Source: Lama glama
Lineage: Eukaryota
Length of the DNA: 64,000 nucleotides
Direction of reading: 5' to 3'
Assembly (NCBI GenBank): GCA_028534125.1
Contig: CM052818.1
Location: forward strand, 6,636,001-6,700,000
The notes beneath the pieces were generated by a model, which saw only the letters and a program-made list of their open reading frames with translations, was not told where the DNA came from and made no database searches. Position numbers and translations under genes: made by a program. Below are positions 1 through 12,860 of this stretch, piece by piece (position 1 is the stretch's first letter; the number at the start of each line of letters is the position of its first letter).

Positions 1-169
1 AACAAAGAAATAGTCTAATAGTCTTTTCAGGAAATCACAAATATACTTCTTTGGTGCAACACGAAAACTCAGAGCTTATAGTGGTTGCTTAAATGTGGAC
101 TCTGAAGCCTTATCGATGATCTTTAAATCCTCTGTTACTTTGAGATCCACTGGTTTCTCTTTCTCTTTG

Positions 170-760
170 CATGGAGCTTTTACTCATCCCTGATTTTGTA
201 ACATCATGCATTGGTCATTTGGAAAATAATAGTTTAGTAAATTAAACAGATCTTCTAAATATTGATACATTTAATTCTGTAGTATCAAAAAAAATCACAT
301 TTCTTAATCTCACCACTGATGTCATTAGAAAAGTCTTTAAGTATTGGGAAGCTGTCCAGAATTCTAATTTTCACTTGAAAGTGCACATTTTTTTGTTGGC
401 AACAAATATCTCCTTGTTTTCCTTGAGGTGATGGGCATACTGTGTTCATCTTCAAGAAACTACTGTCTGCCAGGTACCCAAGTCTGAATAACCACAGCTC
501 ATCTGTTCCTTGTTCTTTCATGTAAACCTGGTGATCCATGAGAAAAGCAATTAGTTCAACTCACAGCTGCAACAATTGCACAAGTTTTTCCTTGAGGCAA
601 TCATCATCCTTCCACGTGCAGCAGAAATGGAAAGGCTATTAGAAATACCCTTCCCTTTCCCAGCTCCACCTTTGTGCAAAGCCAGAGAGTTTCTTCACAT
701 ACTTCAACCAAAGCAGCGTATTACAGCAGATCGAATGCAGAAGCAGATGTGAGAAACCAA
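170..760. mobile_element. hAT-Charlie DNA transposon fossil (Charlie1-like internal fragment)
   Basis: Matches recalled Charlie1 sequence (AACATCATGCATTGGTCATTTGGAAAAT...AGAAAAGTCTTTAAGTATTGGGAAGCTGTC...CCCAAGTCTGAATAACCA). The minus-strand ORF 285-539 contains decayed transposase-like LWLFRLGYLAD. Confidence 0.8.
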
Positions 761-1129
761 TTATATGTACTTCTCACTTCACATGAAGTAAAAGATGCAT
801 ATTCAAAGGTCAGGATTTAATCATTTTTAACTGCTTCATTAAGAACAGTCCTACATGAAAGCCAGCCTTTTCTACTTTGACCATGGAACAGTGGTGAACC
901 CGGTGACTTTGGTACCGTTTGGTGCCACCGCCTTGCCTTGCTTCATGTCTCAACACAGCAGCGTGACCCACCGTTCCTTTGGCACCATTAGCAGAAACGG
1001 CAACACACTGAAAAGGCAAATATGTCTTACATCTATGAAAATAGTTTTGCCATCCTGGACGCCCACCCCCGCCCCAAAAGGACCTGAGGATGGAGAGGGA
1101 AGACTTCCAAGAGCCCAGAGACCAAACTC

Positions 1130-1345
1130 TGAGAATATGTACAGGGATATTCATTTCAGCATTGTCTGCAAGAGTGGCCAAGTAGAAATGACCTAAAAGC
1201 GCATTACTGTGGACAACGGCTGAATAATTCTAATATAGCCATGCTGAGGAATATTATGCAGCCATTAAGCAGAGCCCTTTATACCTTCCTGTATCTCTAA
1301 GACATGTTATTAAGGAAAAGGCAAGTTGCAGAGCAACTTATAGGT
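1130..1345 (+). mobile_element. Ancient L1 3' end fragment (L1ME-like)
   Basis: atgtacagggatattcat..cagcattgt...ggaatattatgcagccattaa...aaggcaagttgcagagcaa motifs typical of old L1 3' ends. Confidence 0.6.
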
Positions 1346-1372
1346 GTGGCTACATTTAAACACACACAAACT

Positions 1373-1501
1373 GGGGGGAGTGCATAGCTCAGTGGCAGAG
1401 TGCATGCCTAGTATGCATGAGGTGCTGGGATCAATCCCCAGTACCACCATTAAAAAATAAATAAATAAATAAACCTAATTACCTCCCCCCTCCAAAAAAA
1501 A
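1373..1501 (+). mobile_element. tRNA-derived camelid SINE (vic-1-like)
   Basis: Pol III A box tagctcagtgg and B-box-like ggatcaatccc; tail aataaataaacctaattacctccccc; flanked by atttaaacacaca duplication (1354 and 1502). Confidence 0.88.
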
Positions 1502-3239
1502 ATTTAAACACACAAACACACACACACACACAAACTTAGGTGAGTATGTAAAGGAGCTGTAGAAAGGAAACTGGGGTTGTGTCTGCCGTGCTGACAGTGG
1601 GCAGCTCTGGAGATGGACCGGCGTCAAGGGTAGGGAGGGAGAGATGAGTGAGGATGGAACCTTCATGTACTCACCTAAACTCCTTAAATCTTTCACAATA
1701 TGAATTTCTTGTGGAGATTTTTTTTAAACGTCCAGTAAGAATCAAAAATCCCTTTTTTTCTCCCACGCATCTCATTTAAAAAGATCATCTTAAAAGCTTT
1801 TCTCAAGTTTTAAGTTAATGCTTAAACTTCATTTCAGAGGATTTATACCTGTGATGCCAAAGCTTCACTAGAGGGGTTATACCTGTTGTGAAGATTAAAG
1901 CATTTGAACTTTTTCACTTTTGTCATTCAACTGAGATATGTAATGACGTACTCTTGTTGAAGAGGAGGACAAAGCGATGGCGTCTGACCCCCTCCCCCCT
2001 CACATAATTTACGTGGCTGAACTTTACTTTGCTAAGAATTTATTAAACTGCTCCTAAGGAAAATGTACCTTTGGAATAATCTTAAACTCAGAAAATGTCA
2101 ACCCAAGACTAGTTTCACCCACCCTGAAAATAGGGAGAAACTGGAAGTCTTTGTTTTTACAAAAAAAGTTTATTTTGAGACCTTGAATTGAGACTATTAA
2201 ATTCTAAAATAGATACCATTTGTTAGTTAAAGCCTTGGTTATTTGGATTTCCCCAATTTGGGACGGGGCTGGGCTGACATTTTATCATTGAGCTATTCTT
2301 AGGGGGAAATGGCCATAATAAGCAATTTAATCATAAATAGAACCGTGTGAGGGGTCTGTTGTCTTCTTTCAATACAATGTAACCCAGTTAAGTGCGCAGG
2401 ACTGCTACTGGATATGCCGGCTTGACTGTTACTCTCATCTGTTTATTAAGTTAAGGAACGTTTATTAGGCAGTACTTAATTTCTGTTTGCATAGATGTGT
2501 TCTTGAAACTTGTACTCCTTTAAAAATATTCTCTAATGTGAATTTATACTAATTTAGGCAAGCCTTTACTCTTCCCCTTCACCTAGTCTAAAATTAATAA
2601 CATCTCATTTTGTTAAATGTAGAACTTTGCCAGAACATGGTCAAAGCTGTTAAAACTTAGCAAAATCGTTTTGGTATATACATCATGAAGCCACAGTAAT
2701 AAATGTTGTTGTTATTTTGGAGATTCCTGTGAACGAAGAACGAAGTTTACATCCCCATGATCGCAATGCCTCTTTTCTTCTACTATATTAAACTCTGGTG
2801 TCTTTACCAACAATAGCCCTGCATTACACACAGAGGGAGTAATTTTATACGACATCTTGATCTTTTACAGTCTAGTTAGGGAAGCAACTAACCGGAAACT
2901 CATGTAATGCACATGAAACTATTGGAGAATAATGTGAAATCAAGTACTAAATTGTGAAGGTGACAAAAACTGAAGTAAATAAGAGTAAAACATGATGGGG
3001 TATACGGGGAAGTGAGCATGACCCTGATAGGTTTCTCATTGCTGGGTGTTTTCAGAGCATGTTCATGTGTATGTTCTCACCGATAATGTTGGTGTTACTT
3101 CCGTTTTAGAGATGAAAAGGTCAAAGGTCTGAGACAATCTGTGCAAAGTTATAGCTCAGTAAAAGGCAGCTCTGAGAGTAGACTGCTAGAAATGTGGAGT
3201 CTGTTCTAATACTCCAGATAAAAGGTTAATAGAGACATA

Positions 3240-3520
3240 GATTAGAGTGACAGTACCTGAAACAGGGCAGATACCGAAGATGTTGTAGGGAAAATGAAAT
3301 GAACTTGGTGGTTAATAATACAGAGGACAGAGAAAGCAGAAGAGGCAAAAGAAAACCATGGAGATTTGAGCCAGAGAGAATGAATAGAGGGGGATTGGCC
3401 TTGCTAGATATGCAGAAGTTGGGAGAAGGAATCAGGGGCAGAAATTTCAGAGCAAATGTGTTAACTTTTTAGTTGGTTGAGTTTGAGGTCACTGGGAAAC
3501 ACCCATTAGGGCTGAGGGAG
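3240..3520 (-). mobile_element. L2 LINE fragment
   Basis: Purine-rich pattern gaacttggtggttaat...gggagaaggaatcagg...gttgagtttgaggtc typical of antisense L2. Confidence 0.6.
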
Positions 3521-3896
3521 GAAGACTTAGGGCCATGAATACAAAGGCCCTGATGTAGAAGCAGTCAACCTGGAACAGAGCAAAGCCCCACGTCTGGGGC
3601 TCAGTGCCCGCCAGTCAAGGGCAGGGGGAAGGAAAATGAGTGCGATGACGAACATGGCTGAGGAGCACAGTGGTACACGGAGGACCCCCAAAGTGATGGG
3701 GCAGGAGTGGGTGGTCAACAGAGGGAGGCGAAGGTTCCTCCAAGAAGCCTTCTGCGCAGACTCATGAAGACGGGGGTGGGGGGAGAGTTTTAGTTAGTTG
3801 CCACCGAGCAGGGATGGTTCCTAGTTAGATTTTTATAACCAGACACCATCATGACTGTTTTAACAAGTAACCCGCCTGTGTGTTTCAATCCTTCAG

Positions 3897-4065
3897 GTGG
3901 TTTTAGAATGCTACGTAAGAAAGGACTTGGTCTACACCAAAGCCAACCCAACCTTTCATCACTGGAAGGTCGACAATAGGAAGTTTGGACTTACTTTCCA
4001 AAGCCCTGCTGATGCTCGAGCCTTTGACAGGGGAGTGAGGAAAGCAATCGAAGACCTCATAGAAG
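3897..4065 (+). CDS. SPRED2: SPRED2 internal coding exon (exon 3 by human numbering), C-terminal half of the EVH1 domain
   Basis: Acceptor ttcaatccttcAG at 3895-3896 and donor G|gtatt at 4066; 169 bp. Encodes [57 protein letters not shown], recognised as SPRED2 EVH1. Confidence 0.97.
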
Positions 4066-6239
4066 GTATTGGATTTATCGCTGCGTTCTCAGTGGGACTG
4101 TAGGAAGTTCCCAGGTTCTTTAAATCCCAGTTGTCTGCCATCATATATTTGTGGTTAATTTGCCAGAGGGTTGGGGGAACAGGTGAGCAGAGGCCAAAGC
4201 TTGGGGAACACCCAAGGAGAAGAAACAAAGTGATAGTGCAGGGGAGGAGATGGGGGGCAGAGTAAGGAGGGGTTCCAGTGGATTTTTAGACTCTGCTCTG
4301 AAAGGACAAGTTCTGGGCTTCCCTGTGAATGGCTTTTTGATGGATTTCACCTTTCCCTGACTGTTGAAAAACGGCTTTGGTCCAATCTGTCTTGGTTCAG
4401 AGGTAGACAGTGGATTCTAATGGGCCCAGAAGCCTCGAGGCCCTCCCACTGTTCTGTAGTGCAAGCCCAGAGTGGACGGCTGCCACCAAAAAAAGGAGAG
4501 GGCTCTGTGACTCCTTAGTCCCTGGATCAGCAGCAGGTAGATACTGTGTTGCATTGAATCATGGCCTGGAAGGCTCTTGGGCAGTCAGTCCTCCTCGTGG
4601 ACTTGTCTGATCCACAGATGCAGAGACACAAACTGTCCACTTCAACACATTGAGTTATCAAATCAGAGGGTTAAAGGTGCCATTGCCAGGGCCCTGTGAA
4701 GACAGGAATATCCAGCAAGGCACAGTGAAGCCAAATTCAGAATTTGGGGAGATAAATCACAAAAGAATAAATGTGTCATTTGTATAAGAAATAAATGTAT
4801 TCTGAAGTCATTTTCTTCATTGTGAATTTGGGGGAAGAGAGAAAAGCAGATCTTAAATGGAAACTCTCTTAGCATCAGTGGTGAGATAATTCTGGCTGAA
4901 ACATGAATCTGCTCACTGTAGCCATGGGGTAGCCAAAACGAGTAAATCCCAGTCTTCACATCATAGGTCTGACATAAGTGTTTAAAATCGTGTTATTAAA
5001 CGTAGCTTTGACATGTTTAGAAGAGAAAACAGCTCCTGTATTATTGATAGAAGTTTGCCGTATGTCCATGCACTTAATCACTGAAGCTGCACACAAAATT
5101 GGATTCTCTTGTAATCTTTTTCTCTGGATACACTCTTCCTCGCTCTGTTCTGTCAAACTCACCTCAAACATTGATTAAGTAGAGTAATTCAAATAGTAGA
5201 GAACAATCCTCCATGATCAGGAGGAACTGCACGCAGGGTATTGTGGGACGTACATTTCCTCCTGTGAATCCCTCACTGGAAATTTAAGTATTTCTCATCC
5301 TTTTCTGAGCAAGTCTTTTGGGTTCAATTTTATGTAACAGCAAAATATTTTCTAAATGCACATTTTGTAAGACCTCAGCAAGAAAAGGAGAAGATAAGAG
5401 ACTACATTTGCCTTTTGGTAGATCTATCACTTGTGCAAATTTAAATATATTCTTGCTTTTGGCCATTAACAGTGTTGATTAAGTTGAGCCACACGTTACT
5501 GGGTGCTGTTAGGAGGAAATGATGAAAGAGATGAACAGGTAAATCAGTTGAACCCTGCCTGAATGACCAGTTCGTTCCCCGATGGAATAAACTGGATTTT
5601 CTGACATGAGCTTAAATGTTGGCCTGCAAAAACAGAAAACTCACTGATGCCCTGGTATTGTAAGAGAAAACCTTGCTCAAGCATCAGCTCTGAAGGCGGC
5701 TCCCACAGTCTGGGTTTTAGAAGGCAGTATCTGAATTTCAGAACAGGAGGCGACCACATTAGCTACTTAGTCAAACCCCCTCACAGGTAGATGAAAAGCC
5801 CAGAGATCGACGTCCAGTTTCACAGTGAGACTGTGGCGGGTCTCACCTGGGGCTCTCCGTTAAGTGCTTTTCCCACTACACGGTGGGGACGTTGTGGGGG
5901 CACTGGTGGGGGCTGGTCGTGATGCATGCCCTTCAGAGCAGTGGGCAGGCTCTCCACGCACCCCCTCTGGGGTGCCTCTCTGCTTCTCCAGCGGCCAGTA
6001 TAGAAGTTTGCGTGATTAATTGGGAACAACAGTAGGCGAAGTTCATTTAGGGAACATCCTGGCTGGAGTCAAGATGAGTAAAATTAAAAGCATTTAATTC
6101 CCAGGTTAAGATATTTCTGCTGGTGATTCCCATGTGAAAGGAATAGAATGTGGTTTTATTACAATATACTTTTTAAATGATTGGTTTCGACTTAATCATC
6201 TTTGAAAACCCTTTTTTCACGTTTCTTGTGTCGTTTTAG

Positions 6240-6304
6240 GCTCAACAACATCCTCCTCCACCATCCACAACGAAGCTGAGCTTGGCGATGATGACGTTTT
6301 TACA
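6240..6304 (+). CDS. SPRED2: SPRED2 internal coding exon (exon 4)
   Basis: Acceptor gtcgttttAG at 6238-6239 and donor ACA|gtaagt at 6305; 65 bp. Phase matches the previous exon (G+GC=Gly). Encodes (G)STTSSSTIHNEAELGDDDVFT. Too short for the ORF track. Confidence 0.96.
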
Positions 6305-6566
6305 GTAAGTTCCTCTCACATTGTCCTCTGCTTTTGCGATGAGTTGGTGACTAATCAGAGAGAGGTTCTGCTTCGGGGCATAAAAGACACTTTACAGTTT
6401 AGCGTTTGCTGTTGCTGCTGGGATGCCGGCAAGGAGATCTCTGGCTTGTCATAATTTTGCTGCCTGGGGTTTGCCCTGGTCACCCGTGTCGCAACGATGC
6501 CACGAGGCACATAGTGTCAGCTCTGCTGGAGCTGTCGAACGCTCTCTCACAGTCGTCCTTCACGTT

Positions 6567-6683
6567 TAGGGTGGCCAGCCGTCCTGGTTTGCCTGGGACT
6601 GTCCTAGTTTCAGTGCTGAAAGCCCCCAGTCCCACAAAATACATACTTCAGTCCCAGGCATATTGGGACAACTGGTCACCTTA
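6567..6683. mobile_element. MER81-like hAT-Blackjack MITE
   Basis: Terminal inverted repeats TAGGGTGGCCA...TGGTCACCTTA; internal cgtcctggtttgcctgggactgtcc...ctgaaag...cagtcccaggca; ~117 bp. Confidence 0.85.
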
Positions 6684-7149
6684 CTCTGAGTCTTCCATTA
6701 ACAACCCCTGCCCCGCAACCTTGCTGGCATTGAGGGGGTTGGGGGGTGGCGGGGAGTAACCATCCTGATGAGTAATTAAACATCTGATAAGAACGTCCTG
6801 AAGGCCAAGTTGATGTTAGGACCCAGTGTGCTAAGGCGGGAATGGGCTTGGATATTTTGGCACAGCTTGAGTTAATGGGATGTAACTGGAGACAAAATGG
6901 TTTCTCAGCTTGCCTCCTCGCTTAAATTCTGTGCTCCTAGAAGTTAATTAAACAAATAGTTCAGTGTGCCTGCTGTGGGTTTGACGCAGCGAGGAGCTGT
7001 AGGGAGGGCACCATTTTCAAACTCTTGGTCTCGACCCAGAGTAAGAGAGATATTTACATTGTAACCTACGACACACATCCATAGACACCCAAAACCAGAT
7101 CGTCTATGCTCTGCATTCAGATTTTTTTCTTTTCTTTTTTTGTTTCCTT

Positions 7150-7510
7150 CTGCTTTTTATTACGAAGCATTTCAAACACACAGAAAAATTTAAAGGACAG
7201 TACAGTGCACGCCTGTAGACACTACACTCAGAGTCGGCAGTTGTAACATTTTACCCCATTTGCTTTATCTGTGCACATTTGAGTACTTACACACATACAT
7301 GCACACACACATTATTTTTTCTACTGATCCAGTTGAAAGTTAAGTCACCTCTAAATACTTGAGCTTGCATCTCTTAAAAATAAGGCATTCTCCTCCACAA
7401 CCGTAACACCATTACTGCACCAAAGAAAATTAGTAGGAATTTTGTAATATCAGCTCAAAGTTCCCCAATAATTCCTCAGTTGTCCCAAGAGTGTCTTTCA
7501 TAAGCTAGCT
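7150..7510 (-). mobile_element. Old L1 3' end (L1MC-like), apparently inserted in a small hAT element (pieces at ~7010-7110 and ~7530-7600)
   Basis: tttcaaacacacagaaaa...cctctaaatactt...aataaggcattctcctccacaacc...caaagaaaattag pattern; the right flank ends tttgaaaaacactg, a hAT-type terminus. Confidence 0.65.
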
Positions 7511-8775
7511 TTTTATTTAATATTTTAAACATTAGTTGCAACCCTTTAAACTTGATTCCCGATGCACTCATCCTGCAACTCGTGATTTGAAAAACACTGC
7601 TTTGGGAAGACAGAGGGGTGTGAACCATGACTCCTTGTGGAGGGAACAGGGTGGTTTGGACAGAGATGAGATGAGCCTCTGAGAAGCTTAGAAACTGGCC
7701 CAGGATCTTTAACAGGGAGGGGCATGGGGGTCAGAGAAGACCCCGGGTGCTGAGACCGGACTGCACCTCGGTGGCATTGGAACAGGGTTTGGGAAGGCGC
7801 TTTGAGGCGGAGGTAGGGATGCACATGGTGTTGCCTGAGCGTTGCACCCTGAAGGGGTGGGGGTCAGGAAATGAACTCAGTCGTGCCTCCGTGGAGTGGC
7901 TGGTGTGATGTGGCTCTGAGCAGGCTTCCTACAGCGCTACAGGCAGATCCTCTCAGCAGTTGGCATGTTGCTTACATCTGTTCCTTTGTCACGTTTTGAG
8001 AGGCAAACAACAGCAGGCGGGTTAAAAGGTGGCTTCCTGTACTCCAGAGCGAAACTGTCATTTGCAGCTGCTTCCCAGCTACCTGCCAGAAGTGATTTAT
8101 GGAATCAGGAGAGGGCGAGAGGGAATGGGGTGACGGAAGCCAGCCTCCCTGCTGGTTTTGTCCTTTACTCCACAGGGGATCAACATGACGCTCTAGGGCC
8201 ACACCAGACGCCTGGAAGGGGGTGTAGACACAGCCCCGCTGCTTCCAGACACCGGGAAACTCACCGCAGCAGGAGTGGGGCTTAACTGCTTTCCTTGTGG
8301 GCCCTGGTGCCTGTTGTCTTCCTCCTACTCGCTGACAAACAGGGGCCTATTGATGGCAGTACCTCCCTTCCCCAAGACAGTCCCAGTCCTTAGGCCACTG
8401 ACTCACAGCATCCCATGTAAGGATGGGAGGGTCGTCAGGGGCGAACGTGTCAGATGTCCTGTTGTTCCCGAGCTCCCTGCGGTTTGTTAGACTTTCAGTC
8501 CTAAGAAGTAAGTAAGGTTTCTGAAAGCTGGAGCCGAGGAGGTGAGCGGCTGCGTTCACACCTGTCTAGCCTACAGCTTCTCAAGGTCTTTCGCGTTCTA
8601 AGACTTACGTTGGTAAGACAGATGTTTAGAACTTGGAACTCATTTAAGACAGGAGTGTAGATGGTGATATGCCCTCTTACAGCTTGTTCTAAGAGAACAG
8701 CGTGTGGACCAGAAAACCTTCAGAGGCACACCTTGAGGAACCAGGAGTATTTCTTTTGTTTCTGCTGCTGGAGTG

Positions 8776-8818
8776 AGGGGTTTCCCTCTGTTTCAGGGGT
8801 TTCCCTCTGTTTCAGGGG
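8776..8818 (+). repeat. Perfect 19-bp tandem duplication (AGGGGTTTCCCTCTGTTTC)x2 plus AGGGG
   Basis: Units at 8776-8794 and 8795-8813 read directly. Confidence 0.95.
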
Positions 8819-11800
8819 CTTCCTCAGGGCCAGGAGGGAAACAGGACACTGTGGACAGCATGTGGTTGCACAGTCTACGTTGGGGAATGAAGTGGAGGAA
8901 GGGGCGCCCCCAAACCCCGTGGAGCAGTTGTTTGCTTTGGGTGCTCACCAAGCATGGTCTATCTCTGCTCACACTTTGCCCACTCTCAGCCTCTAAGCCA
9001 GCCTGTCCCCCTGACTTCTCAGGATGGTACAACCACGCTGCAACGCCTCCAAGTGAAATAAGCATCCAGCGTAGCAGGTGTGTGCACACATGTGCAAACA
9101 CACACACCCTGCCCGTGCATCTTGCCAGTCACCACCACTGTTGCCCCTGCAGTCCCCCCGCGCCTCTCCTGCCACCAGCCTGGCGTGTGTCCACATCGTT
9201 CCTGACAGAGCCACCACCAGAGGCTCCTGATTAGCAACTGCTCTGATTCTCTGAGTCTTGGGCTGTTCATCCATCCGTGTGCCTCGTTAGTTCTCCCTCA
9301 GCCAATTAGGACAGTTCTCTCTTCTTTCAAATCCTGTAGCACTCTCCTTCGTTTCTCTCTCGCCACTTGAAAGTCTGCCCCTTTTTTCTGGTCTTCATAT
9401 TTCATTTGCTGAATGAATGATTCTTCATCTGATTAGAAACGGGTTATTCTTCAGAATAGTCTCTGCAACCCTATAACGCTTTGCTGTTCAGGTGCTCAGT
9501 AAATGGGTGATCTGAACCCCAGTACAGTGTGGAACAGCCATCGGGTTTCCTGTCTTACTCACTGGCTTTATTGTTATCCTGGGGGACCATCCAAAGGTGG
9601 GTAATTTTTAAGGGAGTCTCAGTAGCCTCGTGTCCTATTTTTCCAGCTGTGTTTCCTGCCGGGTCTACAACTAGGAGGTGAGCTCCAAGCATCGCCACTC
9701 GCTATGAGCCTTTGGCCGTTCATGCTTCTTGTTGCCTCCCACCGACTTCCTCCCTTGCCGTACAGTCCTCTCTCCTCCACGGGAGACCTCGGTTACCGTG
9801 ATCCTCCCAGATGAACACAAACACCTAGGTGGCCAGGGTGTGCCCGGCATTAAACGTGCATGTAGGAGGGAATTCCAGTGCCTGAGCCATTTGGTGCCAA
9901 TTTATAAGATGAGTAATAGAAAGGATACAAAGCAACGACAACAAAGGCTAGTTCTGTAGCGGGCGTTTCAGGGCATCGCTGAGAGTCAGCAGGCTGTCAT
10001 CACATCTCCCTCTGCAGAGCTGGGGAGCCTGGAGGGGGACAGAATGGAAGGACCCTCAAGTCGCTTCCTCTGTCGGCTTTTGTCTTGGGCAGGGGTGGGA
10101 GGGGGAACGTGCTCTGGCGTGCCTCGTGGAGGAGGCGCATGTGAACTTGAGATATGAACGGTTAAGCTCTGTGAATAGGCTGAGCTGGTTCGCTCCCTGG
10201 CTTAGGGCTGATTCCTCTGGGATCCCTGCAGTCAGGACTCTGAGGCCAGAGGGTTTGGAGTCTGCAAGGAAGGGAGTTACCGGGGATGGGGAGAGAATGA
10301 GTAAAGGAAATGGATTGTGTAGGACTAGCGAGGCTCCAGGTTTGATGATCATTTGATGAAAAATTTTCCAAATTCCTGTTTTGCAGATTTGGTCCATTAA
10401 AATCTGGTGTTTTATTTACCACTACAGAACTCTAAAATCATTTAAAAACGTTATCAGCATCTTCATAGCCAGACAAGGAGAATTTGAATCTGATCTTGGG
10501 AGAATGCAGCTGCAGGGTCCATGGACTCGCAGAGCAGGCTCATTTAGAATCTGTGGTCAAGTGTCATCCATGCTTCAGCTGTCATTCTGCTGAGTGGCTG
10601 GATCCTGGCTCTAAAGCAGGGGACTTAGGGAAATATTTGCTTTATAGAAAGATACTTGGGGGTGTATAAAATAGCTGAGACTCCATCTTCCATAAGAAGA
10701 AGTCCTTAAATAATATCTAAATCTGCAAATCAGGAGATAGTAGAATAACAAGATGCCATTGAAAAGATGGAGAGAAATACAAGAAGACAGAGCCACAAGA
10801 ATTGCATGTGTATTTCTCTGGGGAGTGAGAAGCTAAGACGGGGAGAGGCAAGACTGCTATTTGAGATATGAAATGATAAATATATATATATATTTTTTTT
10901 TTTTAAGGAAAAACGGGGAGGGAGGCATTCAAGGGAGAAGGAGGAATCAAGCAGTCCTGATCAGTGACAGCAATCCTGATATCCCCCATCTGGGGGTTTA
11001 AAGAGATTAGAGAGATGCAACAGGCTGAGTTCCGTGGCTCTCAGTGCTGTGGCTGCTTTTTCCACCTAAGTGTTAGGAAGCAGTGTGTCCACCGTGGAAA
11101 TAATGGCATATTAAAGGTAGGAGGAATGATGAAGAGTTAGCTGGAAATGTTTGGCTTGCCATCTCCTTAGAATTATTGGTCTTGGAATTGGAAGGGATTT
11201 TGAGTTTATATCAGATGAGCCAACCTCCTTCCTTGTGGCAAAGAAGGATCTGCCTCGTTTTATAGACACAGTCATGGATGCAGCTCAGAGTCCGATGGGT
11301 GACTCACCAAAGATGACACGGCTGGCTCAGAGTGGAGGAGCGGTGAACGCCACCTCGTCACCTTTCCTGTTCACCACTGTCATTTTTCTCTTCCTGTACT
11401 GAATACCTACATCTATGGTATTTCAGCTATTGTATTTTTTATATAACTTTTATTCAAGAGTTGTGTTTTAGGGTTCTCCTGGACCCAAGTTGGAAAGGGG
11501 AGGAGAGGTAAGAGAATAAATTGGTGACTGATGGCACGTGTGGCCTATTCAGGTGATGGCCTTGGAGCCTGAGCCAGTGTCACAGCCTGGAAGTCCCCAG
11601 AATGCAACTTGAAGCTTCACCAGAGGAAGGCCTACCCTGCATGTGGTTTGGGTTTTTTTTCCCCCACCTCCTAAGTTTATACTACCACCTATTGTTTCTG
11701 GATTTGGGCAGCCTGTCTCATAGGGATTCCCAATGAACCCCTCACACCTTAAGGCATCCATCCTCTGTAACGAGATGACTTCTCTCCTGTGCACCTAGGA

Positions 11801-12699
11801 TACTACCAACCATGTACCGTCCATTGCAGAACTGGTTAGAGTCATTCATAACATTTTGTGTGGGTCTGAATTCTTCCCTAGAACCCATTTGAAAAAGGCT
11901 GGTTATGTTTCAGTGTCTCGTTGCACTTTCATCCTTCCGGCAGGCAGTCCTCTCTCACGTAGGAAAATGTCTTTTACAGCATCGTCAGCTGTTAGCCATG
12001 TTTCTGCCCGGACTGGAAAACTTGGTTCTTCCTCGTGCCCTATGCGTGAACCCTTGACATCCTGTTTATTACAAGCTGCATTTTATTACTTTCTGGCTGT
12101 TCAGAGCAGTTGCCCCGAATGACATCTCGAACCCCTCCCACCCACCCCAGGTGTTTTCTGAAGCATGGCTAGAGCAAGTGGTGGAAACCGAAGTACAAAG
12201 CAGCAGTCTGTTTTGTCCTAGATGAGCTTTTGAGTCTTTGCAGGTTGTGCTTATTTTCATTCTTGAGTAAGTAGGAAAAAAGTGAATTCACGGAGCTTTG
12301 TAAATATCAAGCTTTCACTTACAGAAGCAGAAGGGTGCAGAATACCACAGAATTTTCCTTTTCTTAAAGAGTGTTTTCCACCTAATCCATCCCCAGGAAC
12401 ACTGAAGGCAAATCTACCAGTTTTATAATAAATGGAGTTCGTTTATTGATGTTCTAAGAAAGAGGATGTTTGGAAAAGGTAAAGTGCTGTGTGACCCCCT
12501 TGTGTGCAGAGTTTGGAGGCTGGGGAGAGGCCAGGACTCTAAACTTGATTCTGCCATTATGAGCTGTGACCATCGATCCCTTTGGACTCAAAACCTTCCC
12601 AGGATGAAATACTTCCTTTGAGTTTCTATTTGCTGGCCCAAGGGGAGGGGAAGGAAAGGCACCATGGTGTGGAGCTGTCCCTAGCCCTGTGCCCTGCAC

Positions 12700-12860
12700 T
12701 TTCTCGTACGTTAGTGAATTTGGTCCTCACAGCTGACCATCAGGTACTTACTGACAGTCCCATTTATGCAGATGAAGTCACCAGGGCTCAGAGAGGTGAA
12801 GTGACTCATGCCCAGTTCCACACTCTGCTCACCCAGAATGCAAACTCCAAATCTGCCTGC
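12700..12860 (-). mobile_element. MIR SINE
   Basis: cccatttatgcagatgaag...ggctcagagaggtgaagtgact core. Confidence 0.7.
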
